Source: Lingula anatina (lineage: Eukaryota; Animalia; Brachiopoda). Taken from it: DNA of 64,000 nucleotides. The notes under the pieces are model-generated. The model was not told where the DNA came from. It was given only the letters and a program-made list of their open reading frames with translations, and did not search any database. How positions within the stretch are numbered: the first letter of the stretch is position 1; each line of letters starts with the position of its first letter. Below are positions 11,046 through 24,067 of this stretch, in pieces. The translations under genes were made by a program, and so were the position numbers. Where the stretch lies: contig CM120641.1 of the NCBI GenBank assembly GCA_051362555.1, positions 46,692,401-46,756,400 on the forward strand. The letters run 5' to 3'.

Positions 11046-14000
11046 TTACTGCATGGCTTGAGATTATATAACATTTTTTTACATGATTACAGAATAGTGT
11101 CATTTTTTTAAACAGATGCTGTTATTATCATGTTGTGCAAAAAATGAGAAAATTCTTCACATACCTTCTAATGCCATTTTAGTTTAAATACACATACTAT
11201 CTAATACCTAAACTTTAATTCAAGTATAACAATGAAGAGAATCAAGTCAAAACTCAATCAAATTTCCATCTCTACGCCCAAAATAATATAGTACAGAAAT
11301 ATAGTAAAATAATATAGTAAAAATTATAGTAAAATTGACCTTGCCAGCTATTTTTTTATATTTGCCAGCCTGCTATCCATTTGGCAAAGATATGTATCAT
11401 GCCCCCCCCCCCCCCCCCCCCCCCCAATTGGTAAAAGTATCGGATATGCTAGTGATTAATTATAAAAGCTTTCATTTAATTCCCAGTATTTACTTCTAAC
11501 ATTCAGCTGTATCAGTTTATTCAAACCACCAATCTGTCAAAACAATGAATCATCTTATAAAAACAATGAAAAAAAAGAAGACAAATCTGCATGCAGCAAG
11601 AGCATTAATTTTCTGTTTGCCTGTTTTGATAGCTACTTTTATCATTCATTTTGTGTCAGCCACTAATCAAAATCTGTTCATGCTTTCTGAGAAAAAAAAG
11701 AAGCAGAATGTGCCCATTGCTGTAGTTGAGATGACAGCATTACTGTATCTGGGGTAGTAATTTCTCCAAGAGTTTTCAAGAGCTCTCCTCCCTCTAGATC
11801 ATACCAAAATGAATGGTTTGCATTTAGTTAAAATTTGTGACAAACAGTTTTAAGAAAAATGTGTTGCTGCACATTTGTGGCAAGTAAATTTGCAAGAGTG
11901 TCTTAAGTCTTTAGTTGGTTTTCAAGAAAGTATTGAGTTTCTAGCAAATGTGCAACAGACCTCATTTGCAAGGTGAATTTTGCTGCAAATTTGCAAGAGT
12001 TTTTTTTACAATTTGATTTGTTAATGACATACCAGCATTCACTGTATGTGGGGAAGTAATTTACTAGTTTTTATCTCTCTTCCATTTGGCTAGTCAATTT
12101 AACAATTAGCTTTTTAATGAGCTGCATAAATAGCTAATAGTCTTTATGTGGGGAAGTAGGCATTTTGAACATTTTACCCTGTAACTAACTGATACTGAGA
12201 GTCTATTATTGAAAAATTTCAGAAATTTTGATGAGTTATTGAAAAACAATGGTTACATGCATGTACACACGCACATGCACACACATACAAACACCCACAC
12301 AACCCAACAAATGATCTTTTGATTACAAAATCATAATCGAAGGAAGCAATTATGTCAGATGACGTATAAGGAGAAAGGGCATCCTCCCCTTGCTGTTATT
12401 CACTGGTTTCTGCGGCTGAATGCACACAATAAGTTATAAACTGAAAACCAGACTGCTGGAGGTAAAAATTGATCGCCATAAATGGTCCATTAGCTGCTGT
12501 TTGAAGATTTTTTTCCTAGTGTTACAACACAAGAGCAACCCACATTACTGCCTGAATTATTCAAGAAATTAAAGCTTTTCAAAATACGCAGAATTAGTAT
12601 CATATAAATGCCACTAGTAGTGAATCAATCAATAGCCTTTAAAGGGTGGTTTGACAAGCATGTTTAAAAAGAGGTTTATCTAACTAATGCTCGGTTCAAT
12701 ATAAAGTCAGCGCTGGCTTATCCGCTGGGTGGTAGTATGGTCATGTATGCTCATCTGTCCTGTCAATATGCCGCCATAGTGAAACACACATTATTTTCCA
12801 GGAGCTGAGAATCAATATGGAAATGAGAAAACAATAAGTCATGATGCCTGAACAAACTTTGTGATTAAAAACCAAAGCTTCCTACAAGCACACAAGCTGC
12901 TCATTTCGGGGAGTTTAATCAAAATTTATGCAAATTAATATCATAGAATCAATAAAATATTGAGATCCAAATACACTATGAGCAAATAGCTTCTTGGCCT
13001 CAGTGTTGAAACAGATGCAGATATTTGCACTATGGGTCCTGTCTGCCAACACTGCCATTGATTTCGATACATACGGTAATTGTACGTTCCCATAAGCAAA
13101 TATTTCTTTGAGCTGCGCTGGTTACTTGAAAACTCCGAGGAATAGAGTGCACACCTCAATAAAGGGAACAGAATGCCGGAAAACGAAGCACTCATTGCCA
13201 CTATGGAGTTTTGAATGGACAGACTATCACAGCGGATATTTAGGAACAATTTACTATGTATTCCGTGGGAGTGAAGAGCAAAGAGAAGTCTGAGAAGAAG
13301 GTATACTATATGGCTGTTGTTTTTGTTTAGTTTACAAACTGTGGTGAATATATTCAAAATTTTGATTACATTTGTCTAACAAATGGGATTGTGTGGTGTA
13401 TGGATTAACATTAAATTGTATGTAGAGCCAACCCTCTCAATATAAGTTAATTTAAAGTTTGTTATACCCGGTATAGTTATCAAATTTTCCTTTTTGGTAT
13501 ATCAACATAAATGTTTTTTAAAATGAGCAACAAATTTTATTTGTCACAGGAAAAAAATTCCAGTTTATAATAGAAAGATAAAACATGAATCTGGTTAGGC
13601 AGTTTCTTTACTCCTTTACAACTTTCATCCATTGTTTCAATTACTTTTTCTTTTCAATATAATTGAAATCATACAGGACTTGTGTGAAATTTTTACCCCA
13701 TAAATGTTAGGGAACTTTAAAAAGCCTGTCCACTAATTCAACACAAGCATTATGTATAATACAGTGTATTATCATTGCTGAAAGTATTTCCAGTAATGTT
13801 GTCCCAAAGCAGTTGAAAGGTAATGAGGCAAACCTACATGTACCTGGCTGGACTCACCTCGAGAAATTTTTAGAGAAAAAATTAAACTGGAGAAATTTTA
13901 GATGAAGCAATTGCATGTGCCTTAATTGCCTGTGACCCTGGTGTTGGAATGGCTGCAGTACTGTTATAGGACACACATTTGCTGCAAGCAGACATCAATT

Positions 14001-14344
14001 AAGCTGGCTCCGGAGACGCAAGGTACAATAAATCTGAACCTGATCTAAAAAATGGGATGTGCAATTCACACCCTGGCTGTTTATTGCGATTTACACTGAC
14101 ATGTAGATGAATGTAGCTTTCATCGTTTCAGCTTAAGCACAAAGTGTGTGCCCTCTTGATGCTTCTGTTATGGCCAACAAAACGGAAGAACATAATTGTT
14201 TTCTGATGACTAACAGCACTCACAGTGCCATATGAACCCTCACTCATGTGCACTGCAGATGATCCACCATCTCATTGTGACTTAACACCCAGCCTTGGTT
14301 TTTGAAAATAAGCCAAGGATCACAACTGAAAAACAGTCAATACA

Positions 14345-14610
14345 GTTATGACTCGATCTTTTTCATGGGTAAAAATTATCAATCTTTCAGATACATTATT
14401 TTATAACAACTAAAATTATATTTTTATATAGCATTTATGGTGCTTCTACTAATTCATAGAATAGAACCATAAATTAGCCTGTTTTTAAATTTGCTGCTAC
14501 CACTCAATAGGAATGAAATGGTTCTGATTTTAAGAAATTATGGGTTAAAAAATACAGCACCTTTAAAAAATTAATAATTTTTCCTCCATCAAAAAGATCA
14601 AGTAGTTAAC
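14345..14610 (+). mobile_element. AT-rich MITE (family D), copy 1
   Basis: TIR gttatgactcgatctttttcatgg / ccatcaaaaagatcaagtagttaac. Interior (catagaatagaa, tagcctg, accactcaataggaat) shared with 27207-27468. Confidence 0.78.
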
Positions 14611-16417
14611 ATAAATCCTGTTACTGTTCAGTGAGGGTTACTTCACCTTCAAATTAATTTTCATACCACATATGGTGCCCTATCCTTACAAGCATGGGGT
14701 ACATATATGAGATGATATCTGTATGAGAGTATTCGTGGAGTCCTTATATATCGTGAAAACAACATGTTGTGTATTGTATAAGACGATGATTGTGTAACTT
14801 TTAGACACACACACACACATGTTCATCATGCAAAGGAGAAGTTTAGCATTAGTTTCCCCCCCGGCCTCTCAACAGACAAACTTATATCAGTAGTATTAAT
14901 AAATGGTTTATTTAGTAATTTAGGCAAAAAAATTTTTTTTTTTGAAAAGGCACTTGCTGCCCTTTCCCAAATCACACGCACAAGTTTATCTTATGATCTC
15001 CAACATTAGTATAGGAAATCATGTCTTTAGTAATTTGGACAATGTCACCTCTTTTCATAAACAACTTTTTCGTCATTTACTCAACTTTGCCCTCTCAGTT
15101 CAGTGCCTGTATACAGTCAGTTATTTTCAAAATCCCTTGAGCTATGTTTTGAAATCATGAACCGTATAGATTTTGTCTCTTTTTATTGGAAAAACAGATA
15201 TAACACAAACCCAAATTTACTTTGTTAACATAAGAAAAACACAAATGCAATTATATATTTCATCTAGGTGTTTGGTTTGACATAGTGTACTCATTGTTCA
15301 ATACAACATTGCCTTCCCATTTCTCTGATCTAATAAGCTGAGCTGCATGTAAAAAATGAATTCACTATTTTGCTCAGGGTATGCTTCAGAAAAGAGATTG
15401 GATTTGAAAACAGTATTAATCTTGCTTATTTCTCAATTTTTATTAGAGTTATGTTTGCCTGTATGTGCTGTACTAGTAGGTCTAACTGTGTACCAGGATT
15501 ACATGTCATTAGATATGAACATCTGTGCATCAGACTGCAACAGTGCACAAGTGTTGAATAATCATAGGGCACACGCAGCAAACAGCATAGAGGTGTGAAA
15601 AAAATGCAAAAATGCAATTCACAAGCATTCATATGTATAGACATACCTTAAATTATTCCATATTGAATTAATTCAAAGATGAAGTATTTTTTAAAATTGC
15701 ATCTCCTGAGGGAAAAAGATTTTTCTCTTTTCAGAAGAATTACTACATGCACTGCTGGGGTAATCTTTCTTTCAACCATGAGAAATAAAAAAAGCTATAG
15801 AAGTTTTTTAAGTCTTTTAAAACTTACTGTAAGACTTTTAATTAAAAGTATCTTATCTCCTGGCTAGACAGGATATCAATTAAGAAAGCATTACTATAGA
15901 AACACAGATGGGACCCAAGAGTTACCACACCAAATCCAGAAAATTACATTGCTTAACTAATTACTTTTTGGAGGAAATCATTTATATTTAAGGGGGAGAT
16001 TCAGAAACACTGTGATAAATCATTGTAGTTCAGTTTTCTGGTGTTACTGCATGTGCCATATTGTTCTCAAAGTATGTGAACATGCATATATAAAATATTA
16101 AATTATTTATAAATATAAGTTATTTTTACATAGATTCCAATCTCACTGTTTTCAGCCTCATTTTTGCATCTGAGGGTACAACCTAAAAGAATAAGCTAAT
16201 AACTACACAAATGAGTTAAACACATTTCTATGAAGAAATTAATAATTATCTTACTTGTAATTGGTTCCATGTGTTAAAAGAGTGTTTTTTAAACTAAAAC
16301 CACCATCTTTTACAATTTGAGATTTTATATATATCTTGATAACTGTAGTAGTTTTCTCTATTATGTAAATTCTACTGAACACATTTAATGGATTTTAGAC
16401 TTAAAGTAAATAAATAG

Positions 16418-16449
<32 letters not shown>

Positions 16450-16491
16450 TATTATTATTATTATTATTATTATTATTGTTATTATTATTAT
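16418..16491. repeat. Head-to-head (AAT)n/(ATT)n microsatellite forming a perfect palindrome
   Basis: About 10 AAT units joined at AATT (16447-16450) to about 14 ATT units. Confidence 0.95.
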
Positions 16492-18087
16492 AAAAGGGTG
16501 TGGTCACTAACTTAAATCACAGACTGACATTGCATGAGTTGGGATAAAGAAGAGTACAAACTACAATGACCCGTTATCAGCTAGTATATATATAGAACTT
16601 GTCTTCTCAGATACACCATAGTAAACATTACACTTACAGCAATATGCAGCATCCATTTACTAACACACATATCCCTGGTAATTGCATAGTTAGGTACTGT
16701 TGAAGCAATAGAATTATCATTAATAAGTTATTAAGACCATCTGAAAAATGGCAGAGCAGCAATGAAAATGACTGAATCAAGGAAAACATAAAGACCGACT
16801 ATATATGCAATGAGGAGAGTCAATAAGAGCATTATTGCTTTTGCTTTGATTACCTTCTTTGATTTTATTAGTTAATCACTTAATGAGTGGGAATGCCCGA
16901 CATACACGTAGCTATCACTTCTGCATGCTAAAGTTGTACTATTTAGTGTTAGTCTTTAAGCTAATGAGTAATAAAGTTAACTGTAAGTGATCAATACCTT
17001 CTAATGACCTTTCACAATTTGAAATGCCTTTGATACAAAAGACACATTTGTCCATTTTCTGATTATCCAAATACTAAGACATTTCTCCCAATGTGCTGAG
17101 CCACACGTTCTAGTTTATTTTATGATATAATGTTCATGTGGATCAGTATCATAATCTGATTTGACAGTACAATACAATACATATATATATCTGCCCGCCT
17201 CTCTCTCTGTCCTCCCTCTAATGAAGTGATAGATCTCACAGCCGATGAGATTTAATTCTGACTTGCTGATTAAATCTGAGGCAGATTGTGCTGGTGTAGG
17301 GTTTTCACATCAGGTGTGCGGCAGTCGTCAGCCTGCTGCCGCCAAGTCACAACACAGGAGGAGCTAACACACAGCAAATTGCATTATGCTGTAGGCAGCC
17401 TAAGATACAGGCACCGGGATCACTCCTATCTTCTAACCTTAGGAAATGAGGGCATGCTAATTTTTTTTTTCACTGGAAAATTGCCTGCGAAGAATGACTG
17501 ATGTGTTTTTCAAGGAATCTTAATATGAAGCTGCAGGATTGATCTGAATGTGCTTGCCTGCTTGCTAGTTTTTCAATTCAACTCAGTGAAATCATCAGAT
17601 AAGTGAGAGTTCAGTTTTGCAACGGATGGCATAATGTCCATGGTCTCAGCATCGCACGAGTCTTCAAAGCCCATTCAGAACCACGTGTCAAAGCGAGCAT
17701 GCACACGCGTGCATGCGACAGAAATCAAGGTTAGGCAGCCGGAATCCCCCTGTTCAAGTGCAGGCAAACCATTTCGTTTGTTTCGTTTTCCTCTGATGGG
17801 CTATGTGCGGCTAGGACGCCCTACACTTAAGGTAAGATGCCACTGTAGGTAAAGCCAGAGTCATCACATGTATAAGTGGTATACTTAACTGATCCAATCT
17901 GGTTCACTGTGAGATATTGACAACTTAACAACCTGGCTATTACGTAGCAGAGTCACCTAATTAACCTCCACAAACACGGCTAATTAATTAACTAAATAGC
18001 AGGAAGGGAACGTGTGGAAATACTTGTGAAAGGGAGTATTACCCTGCAGCCAATAAGCCAGCAAAAATGGAAGGTAGGCCTTTCTGA

Positions 18088-18558
18088 GAGCGCATTCAGA
18101 GCAAGTTGGTCCATGTACTAATAGATCCACAGACTAAATATGGCTGATCCATTTAAAAGCCATGCTGCTAATTCCCTGATGGTCTCCCGGCCTCCACACT
18201 TGCCATCGATGCAGGGACCATACAATTAAAACTTAGTGCTGAGATTTGATCCATTTAATGGGGCGTGTGGAGACGGGGAGACCATCAGGGAATTAGCGGC
18301 ATCACCATATTTAATTGGTGGATCAGTTAGTCCAGGAATCATCGGTTTTAGGCTGCATTCACATCATGTCATCCCAATGGAGCCGAGATTTAATGACTGT
18401 ACCCCCGCAGGGAGGATGCATGGGGAGGGGTGTGAGAGGCGGGGAGACTATTAAAAGAATAGGTGGTTTTCCTTTCATTTTCGTCCGCCATATTTAGGTC
18501 GTGGCTTTGTAGAGTCATGGCTCAATTCGATGTGAATTATGCGGCCTTAAATGCGCTC
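18088..18558. mobile_element. Family A MITE interrupted by a nested MITE
   Basis: Left end GAGCGCATTCAGA (18088), right end AATGCGCTC (18550-18558). Inner inverted repeat gctaattccctgatggtctccc / gggagaccatcagggaattagc. Confidence 0.8.
18351..18546. mobile_element. PIF/Harbinger-type MITE with family B termini, nested in family A element
   Basis: GGCTGCATTCACATC ... GATGTGAATTATGCGGCC; TTA at 18348-18350 and 18547-18549. Confidence 0.82.
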
Positions 18559-18729
18559 TTCTAAAGTGAGCCAATCCAGACTGGATCAGTAAAGAACACA
18601 TTCACTGTGAAAGGGTTAGGTGTTAAAACAACAACATGAACTGAAAGTTAAGATACTGACAACATATATATTCGAGTTATGCTGTAGCAAGGAAAAAACA
18701 GAATAAATAAATGTATCATGGATGAGTTT

Positions 18730-18978
18730 CAGTGGTGGATTTAGAGGGGGGGCTCAGGGGGGTCCTGACCCCACCTTCGTTTTTTGAAAAAAAAATCATA
18801 CTAAAATATTCCCCTCTTAGAATTAGAATTTTGATCTAGTTCTTAAACATTCCAAGTGGCACTGTTTGCCGTCCAAAACACTACATGTACAAGGGGGCCC
18901 GAGGGTCGGCCTTGCATCCAAAGCCAGTCATTCCTGAAAAATTGGACCCCCCTTTAAAAAATCCTGGATCTGCCCCTG
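18730..18978 (-). mobile_element. hAT-like MITE (family C), inverted relative to the 4745 copy
   Basis: CAGTGGTGGATTTAG ... CTGGATCTGCCCCTG; perfect 6-bp TSD GAGTTT (18724-18729, 18979-18984). Confidence 0.87.
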
Positions 18979-21691
18979 GAGTTTGTACCTTGTGTTAACA
19001 TGTGGGGAGAAAAATGAACATGCATAATAGATGCCACAACATCAAGTAATGCTTATATCATATTTCCCAGTGTTGATCAGACTGACCTTCACATATTCAC
19101 TTTATGTGGAACAGATTGATTCTTTATAATACAATAGATAACTGAACTTGTATTTCGATAGAGTTCAAATAATTCCAAGAAAAATAGACAGTTGATATAC
19201 TTCCAAGAAAAAAATCTTTCAAGCTAAATCTGTTCTTTTTTTTTCAACTGAATGACTGTGTCAATTATTTTTCCATTATTTTATTGTATTTGATAGAAGG
19301 CATCAGCACTGATGCTGATGTTAATGCTTTATGCACGTAGGACTTAAGTAGGCAGAGTCGACAACAGTTGTATATACGCGTCAAGGGCAATTTTACTGCT
19401 AAATGTACCGGTAGTAAGTGGGCTTGTAATTTAAGTTTTGGAGTAATGTCTGCCTCTTTGAAAATGTGCTAACAGCTATATTCATTCTAAGCAATCTTTG
19501 CAAGCTAGCAGGCAGCACTAATGGTTGTATTGTATGAAAGCACAAACTCACATTCATGCAAGAGCAATTCAGTTTCTTTCAGTTGATATTCTCTTGACGA
19601 AAACGTCAATTAATTCAATTAAAACCACAAGTGATACGCTAAATAGGCTTCATTTTCAAAGGTTCATTTTCTCTCTTTACAGATTTGATTTTTTTTCTAT
19701 ACATGTACGCCAATGGATGATGGCTACTTAATGTAAACTGAAAGATCATTTCAAAAATCTTCGTTTGTGCAAAACACTGAAGAATAACATTAGAACCATT
19801 ACCTCTCATTCACCTACTCAGAAAACAATAATATTCCTAGAGGGTTTATTGGATTTTCAAAGTGACGCAAATCCCTTTCTAAAGTACTATACCTCGCAGC
19901 ATTCTAGTGTCTGGTTGAATGAACACAGATCTCATTGCCCCGGTTAATGGAGTGTGATGACCAACAATTTTACACACCTATAATACAGGTGCTCTTTAAA
20001 TATTTTTTAAAGTCCTTCGCAGGGTAAAAATAGACTTTTTTATATGTAGAAATCAAGCATGAGCAGAGTTAAATGAGGCGGCATGACTGAGGTAGAATTA
20101 AATGAATACTGACAGTATGTTATTGCAGCTTCTAGTTATTTTTTAGGTCTATTTGTTGATTTGATAGTGTGAGATCAATCTATTCCAGATGAATACACCT
20201 ATAATTCATAGGTCTCTTACACTGGAATTTTTTCTACCCATTTTTATATAAATTTTTTATACTGCAGACTTTGTAAAGAAAACCGCTTAAACAGGATTTT
20301 AGTAAGGTGAGCATTGACAGCTTTATTTGTCATGCAACCCTCATCAATTCTGTGTGCAGGGGAGGGGGGGGGGTGCTGACCTCACTGTACACCTATATCT
20401 AAGTAGCAGTTTATTGGAGATGAGACAGGACTATTTTTCTTTAATTTCCAATCAACAAACAAATACTGGTCAGCCAGCTAAAATGGACTGACATATATTT
20501 GGTCAAGCAACGTAAAATTCAATTAAAGTTCAAAGGGGTTCAAAGTTACTTTTTAAGTTGGTAACAATGTGTCCCCACCGCCTCCAGGACATGGCTGAAA
20601 GCAACTGCCAGTCTGTCAACACAATCAGTCAGCGCCTTTTGATACCCGCGCGCAATGATTACTCACACACTTTACATAAGCTGACTCCGGCTGCACAATA
20701 ATCACAATGTTGCCCATTCTGTGGTAACAATAATGAGTACGAGGTGTGTGTTCACAAGTATTAGAACTGTGATTATAGCCTCAACACCAACAGACACAAA
20801 ATACACAAAAATAAACGACCTCCCTCCTGAAATTCTCTCTCAACATTTTACTGCATTAGTTTGCCATGGGACTGGGCTAGATGTGGGGGCTGTCAAAAGT
20901 CCCAGACAGAATGATGCACAAATATAGCACTTCAGTTTATCAGGTAAGCAAATTGGCTGAAAGCCATTATAATCTTCTATACTAAGTGAGCTGACATTTT
21001 AGAACTGATAAGTTGAAGTGTTCAATAACAGTTACTGTTTTCAGTGCTTCTTTGCACTAAATTCCTTGGAGAAATCCTAAAAGGTACCAGACACAGTTAA
21101 TTTCAATTATTCTGGTCCTCTGTCATATCAATATATCTTATAAAATTAGATCAAACATTTAATTTTCAGTACAGAATAATGATAAACAAGTTCTATTTGT
21201 AAGAATTTTCCATTCTGTTGAGAATTCATTTCAATCACTTTGCAATATATGAGAAATGTCTATGAATTTTCGTGGAATTGCACATAAAAAATGTAAGAGA
21301 TTTTTGCACAAGGTGAAAGACAGTTAAGTTTACTAGACACCAACATATAAGCCTGTTATTCTGCTTTAATAAATGCAAAAAACACAGGTGTATCTGCTGG
21401 TACTGGGCATTTCTAAAACCATACAGGTGATTTTTAGCATCAAAGTAAAAGAAAATTATCTACCTGAATATTTCACAAGTTTGTGCATTTAACATAAAAA
21501 CTTTAAACCATTTAAATCTACCTCAGTTTTTAACATCCCAACTTCAAAATTATATGGAGGCTCTCATATCATAGTTAAAGATGGACTTTAACAAAGGGGT
21601 TAATCAGCAATGAGTTGTAATAATTTCTCAAGTGTAACAACAAAAGAGTTGATGTTATCTGAAGTTTCACTGTACATCCCTCTGTCCTCTT

Positions 21692-21724
<33 letters not shown>
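21692..21724. repeat. (CT)n(CA)n compound microsatellite
   Basis: Direct reading. Confidence 0.95.
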
Positions 21725-24018
21725 TGCATGCACTTGCACATAAAAATGTCATTATAAATAAATAAGATTCAAATACAGTTTAAAAAAAGAAACTGTAAGA
21801 TTTTTTTAATAAACAGACTTCATTTTACTCATATTAAGATTTTGCTGCACAAAATGAAGGCATCAAGAACAATAACCAAATATCTCATGTCTTTTAAGTA
21901 ATATTTTGATTGAAAAAAAAAAGGCAGGGAAACATAACCTTTGCCATCCATGGCAAACAGACATGAAAGCCTACAGCTAGCACTTGTTAAATTACAATAT
22001 TTATTTTGGTTTTCTCCTCCATCAAGCAGACTGTATTGATTTTTGCATCAGTTGAAGAAACATTGAAGAATAGAACATCAAATGATCATTAACAGCTCAG
22101 ACATTACTCTCTGAATTAGTGGGATTTCTCAAGTTAAAATAAAGTGTAACAAGAGGGGGTTGAACACGTCTGGAGAGCTCCTTGGTTCTTATCTCTCCAT
22201 ACATACAGTGTAAGTGCCTTTCCTTGACATTTAAAAGGGAGACAGTTGGCTGATAACAATGTATGGTAGCTAGCTGACACCACTGCATTCATACAAGCAT
22301 ATCAGATTGTAGACCAAAATCTTTTGCTGTTATATCAGCTTGCATCCAATGTAGCATAAAAAAAGAGAATTTTAAATGCTAAGTGCCTGTAATTTTATAC
22401 CCTCATGCAATTGTAGCATTTAAACACTTATATTACATTGAATACATGGACTGGGAGATGTTCATCAGCTGTAGAAGTGATAAAAGGATTAAAGAGTGAA
22501 AGTGAAAAAAGAAAAAAAGTTTTCTATAAACTATATACTTCACAATTTTTGGTCCGTCTCTCTAACAGTTAGTTATTGTCCCATGACCAAAGAATGCCTC
22601 AATTGGTGTGGTGAGTGAGATCAAAAGATCAGTTGTCATTGTTCATTTTTGACGACTTTTTTGTTATATGACAAACCTCAACAATCATAAAAACTTAAAT
22701 TCAATTACTTTATAATAATAATAATAACTTGGGATATTTGCACCGAATTTTGTTTAGATCATTGAGTGAACAAACAACAATAATGATAATTGTTTTCCTA
22801 ACTTACAGCATTGAATTGCTATCTAAATATATAGGCCACATACATGCAAATAATCAAATATAAAAAAATACAATTTTAAATTCATAACTGATTAATGTTC
22901 AAACATGCAATATGGAAAGGACTTTGTATGTAAAATGTCACTCTAAATATCCCCTAAATCAATATTTTATGTTGTCCACACACTGGTGCATTTTACATAA
23001 ACAATTTTTACACGAAATCCTTTTCTATCAGAGCCATTATAGCATCAGACCTTTGTTGAAAACCCCTGAAGTAATAAAAGTTAGACCTACAGGTGTATTG
23101 AATAATTATTTTCCTCAAATTTCCCAGAGATTTAATCTTTTTTTTAATCAACTAGGATATATAACCCTATTCCCATTTTAAATTGCTGAATTTTTGGAAA
23201 CTGATGACAAGTGAATGCATGAGTGGTGTGATGCTATAATAATGGATGCTATAATAATTGGATCTCCAAGACTGGGTTATATAGATATTTAGTTCCTCAA
23301 CAGTTTTGAATAGGCTGAATATGAAAGTTAAGGGGAAAGTGTTTTTAATTTCTTTGATAATCAATTAGTTTACATATAAATTGGTCTCATGCACGTCATA
23401 TGCCTTCTGTGTTAAATATATTGCCTTTTAAACTTATGTGAGCAACCCTGATTTTATTAGCATCAGTTGTGCAATAACAATAAAAAAATGAAATCTTCAT
23501 GCAATATTCATGACTCCTTATGCATAAGTGTTATCAGAAGATTGCATAGTTCAATTACAAGACATCAGTTCAATTGGCTCTATTCCCCTTCTCCCAGAAG
23601 CAATGAGGAAATCAAAGTTTTAGACCTTGAACTGCCCCCAGTACAGACATAGAAAATTGGAAAACCATCGAGATAGTGAAAGATGTCTCTTGTGGGATCA
23701 CTCTAAAGGGCACTTTTAACTGTTGTGAAACAAGAGAAGATGAGACAGACGATGGTCTTGACGATAACCAGAGAGATGTTATGCAGGAAAAATATGTATT
23801 GATGTTCAAATAATGTCTCCTGAGGTCTAATCTATGACTCGGATTGTTCCAATGAAGGATGTATATGGAGGCAGAGGTTTGGAGGCAGATGTGACTAGAC
23901 TGAAATGGAATGGTATAGTAAGAGTGTTTACCACAGATTATCCACTGTCTCTAATGGATTAGATATGTTAAGGAGGTCTGACGGCATTATTGTTACGAAC
24001 ACCATGACAGAACAATCT

Positions 24019-24067
24019 TCACCATCCTCTAAGAGGTCCTAGCTCTCTCGTTATTATAGCCATGAAT
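24019..24067 (-). other. Candidate minus-strand exon start (IHGYNNERARTS* in phase 0, or xFMAIITRELGPLRGW* in phase 2); may be non-coding
   Basis: Acceptor atatttatttcacag| at 24068 followed by ~500 nt of compositionally balanced sequence. Confidence 0.28.

Noticed and set aside
12941-13357. 138-aa minus-strand ORF
   Set aside because: No recognisable domain or convincing splice boundaries; composition typical of non-coding DNA.
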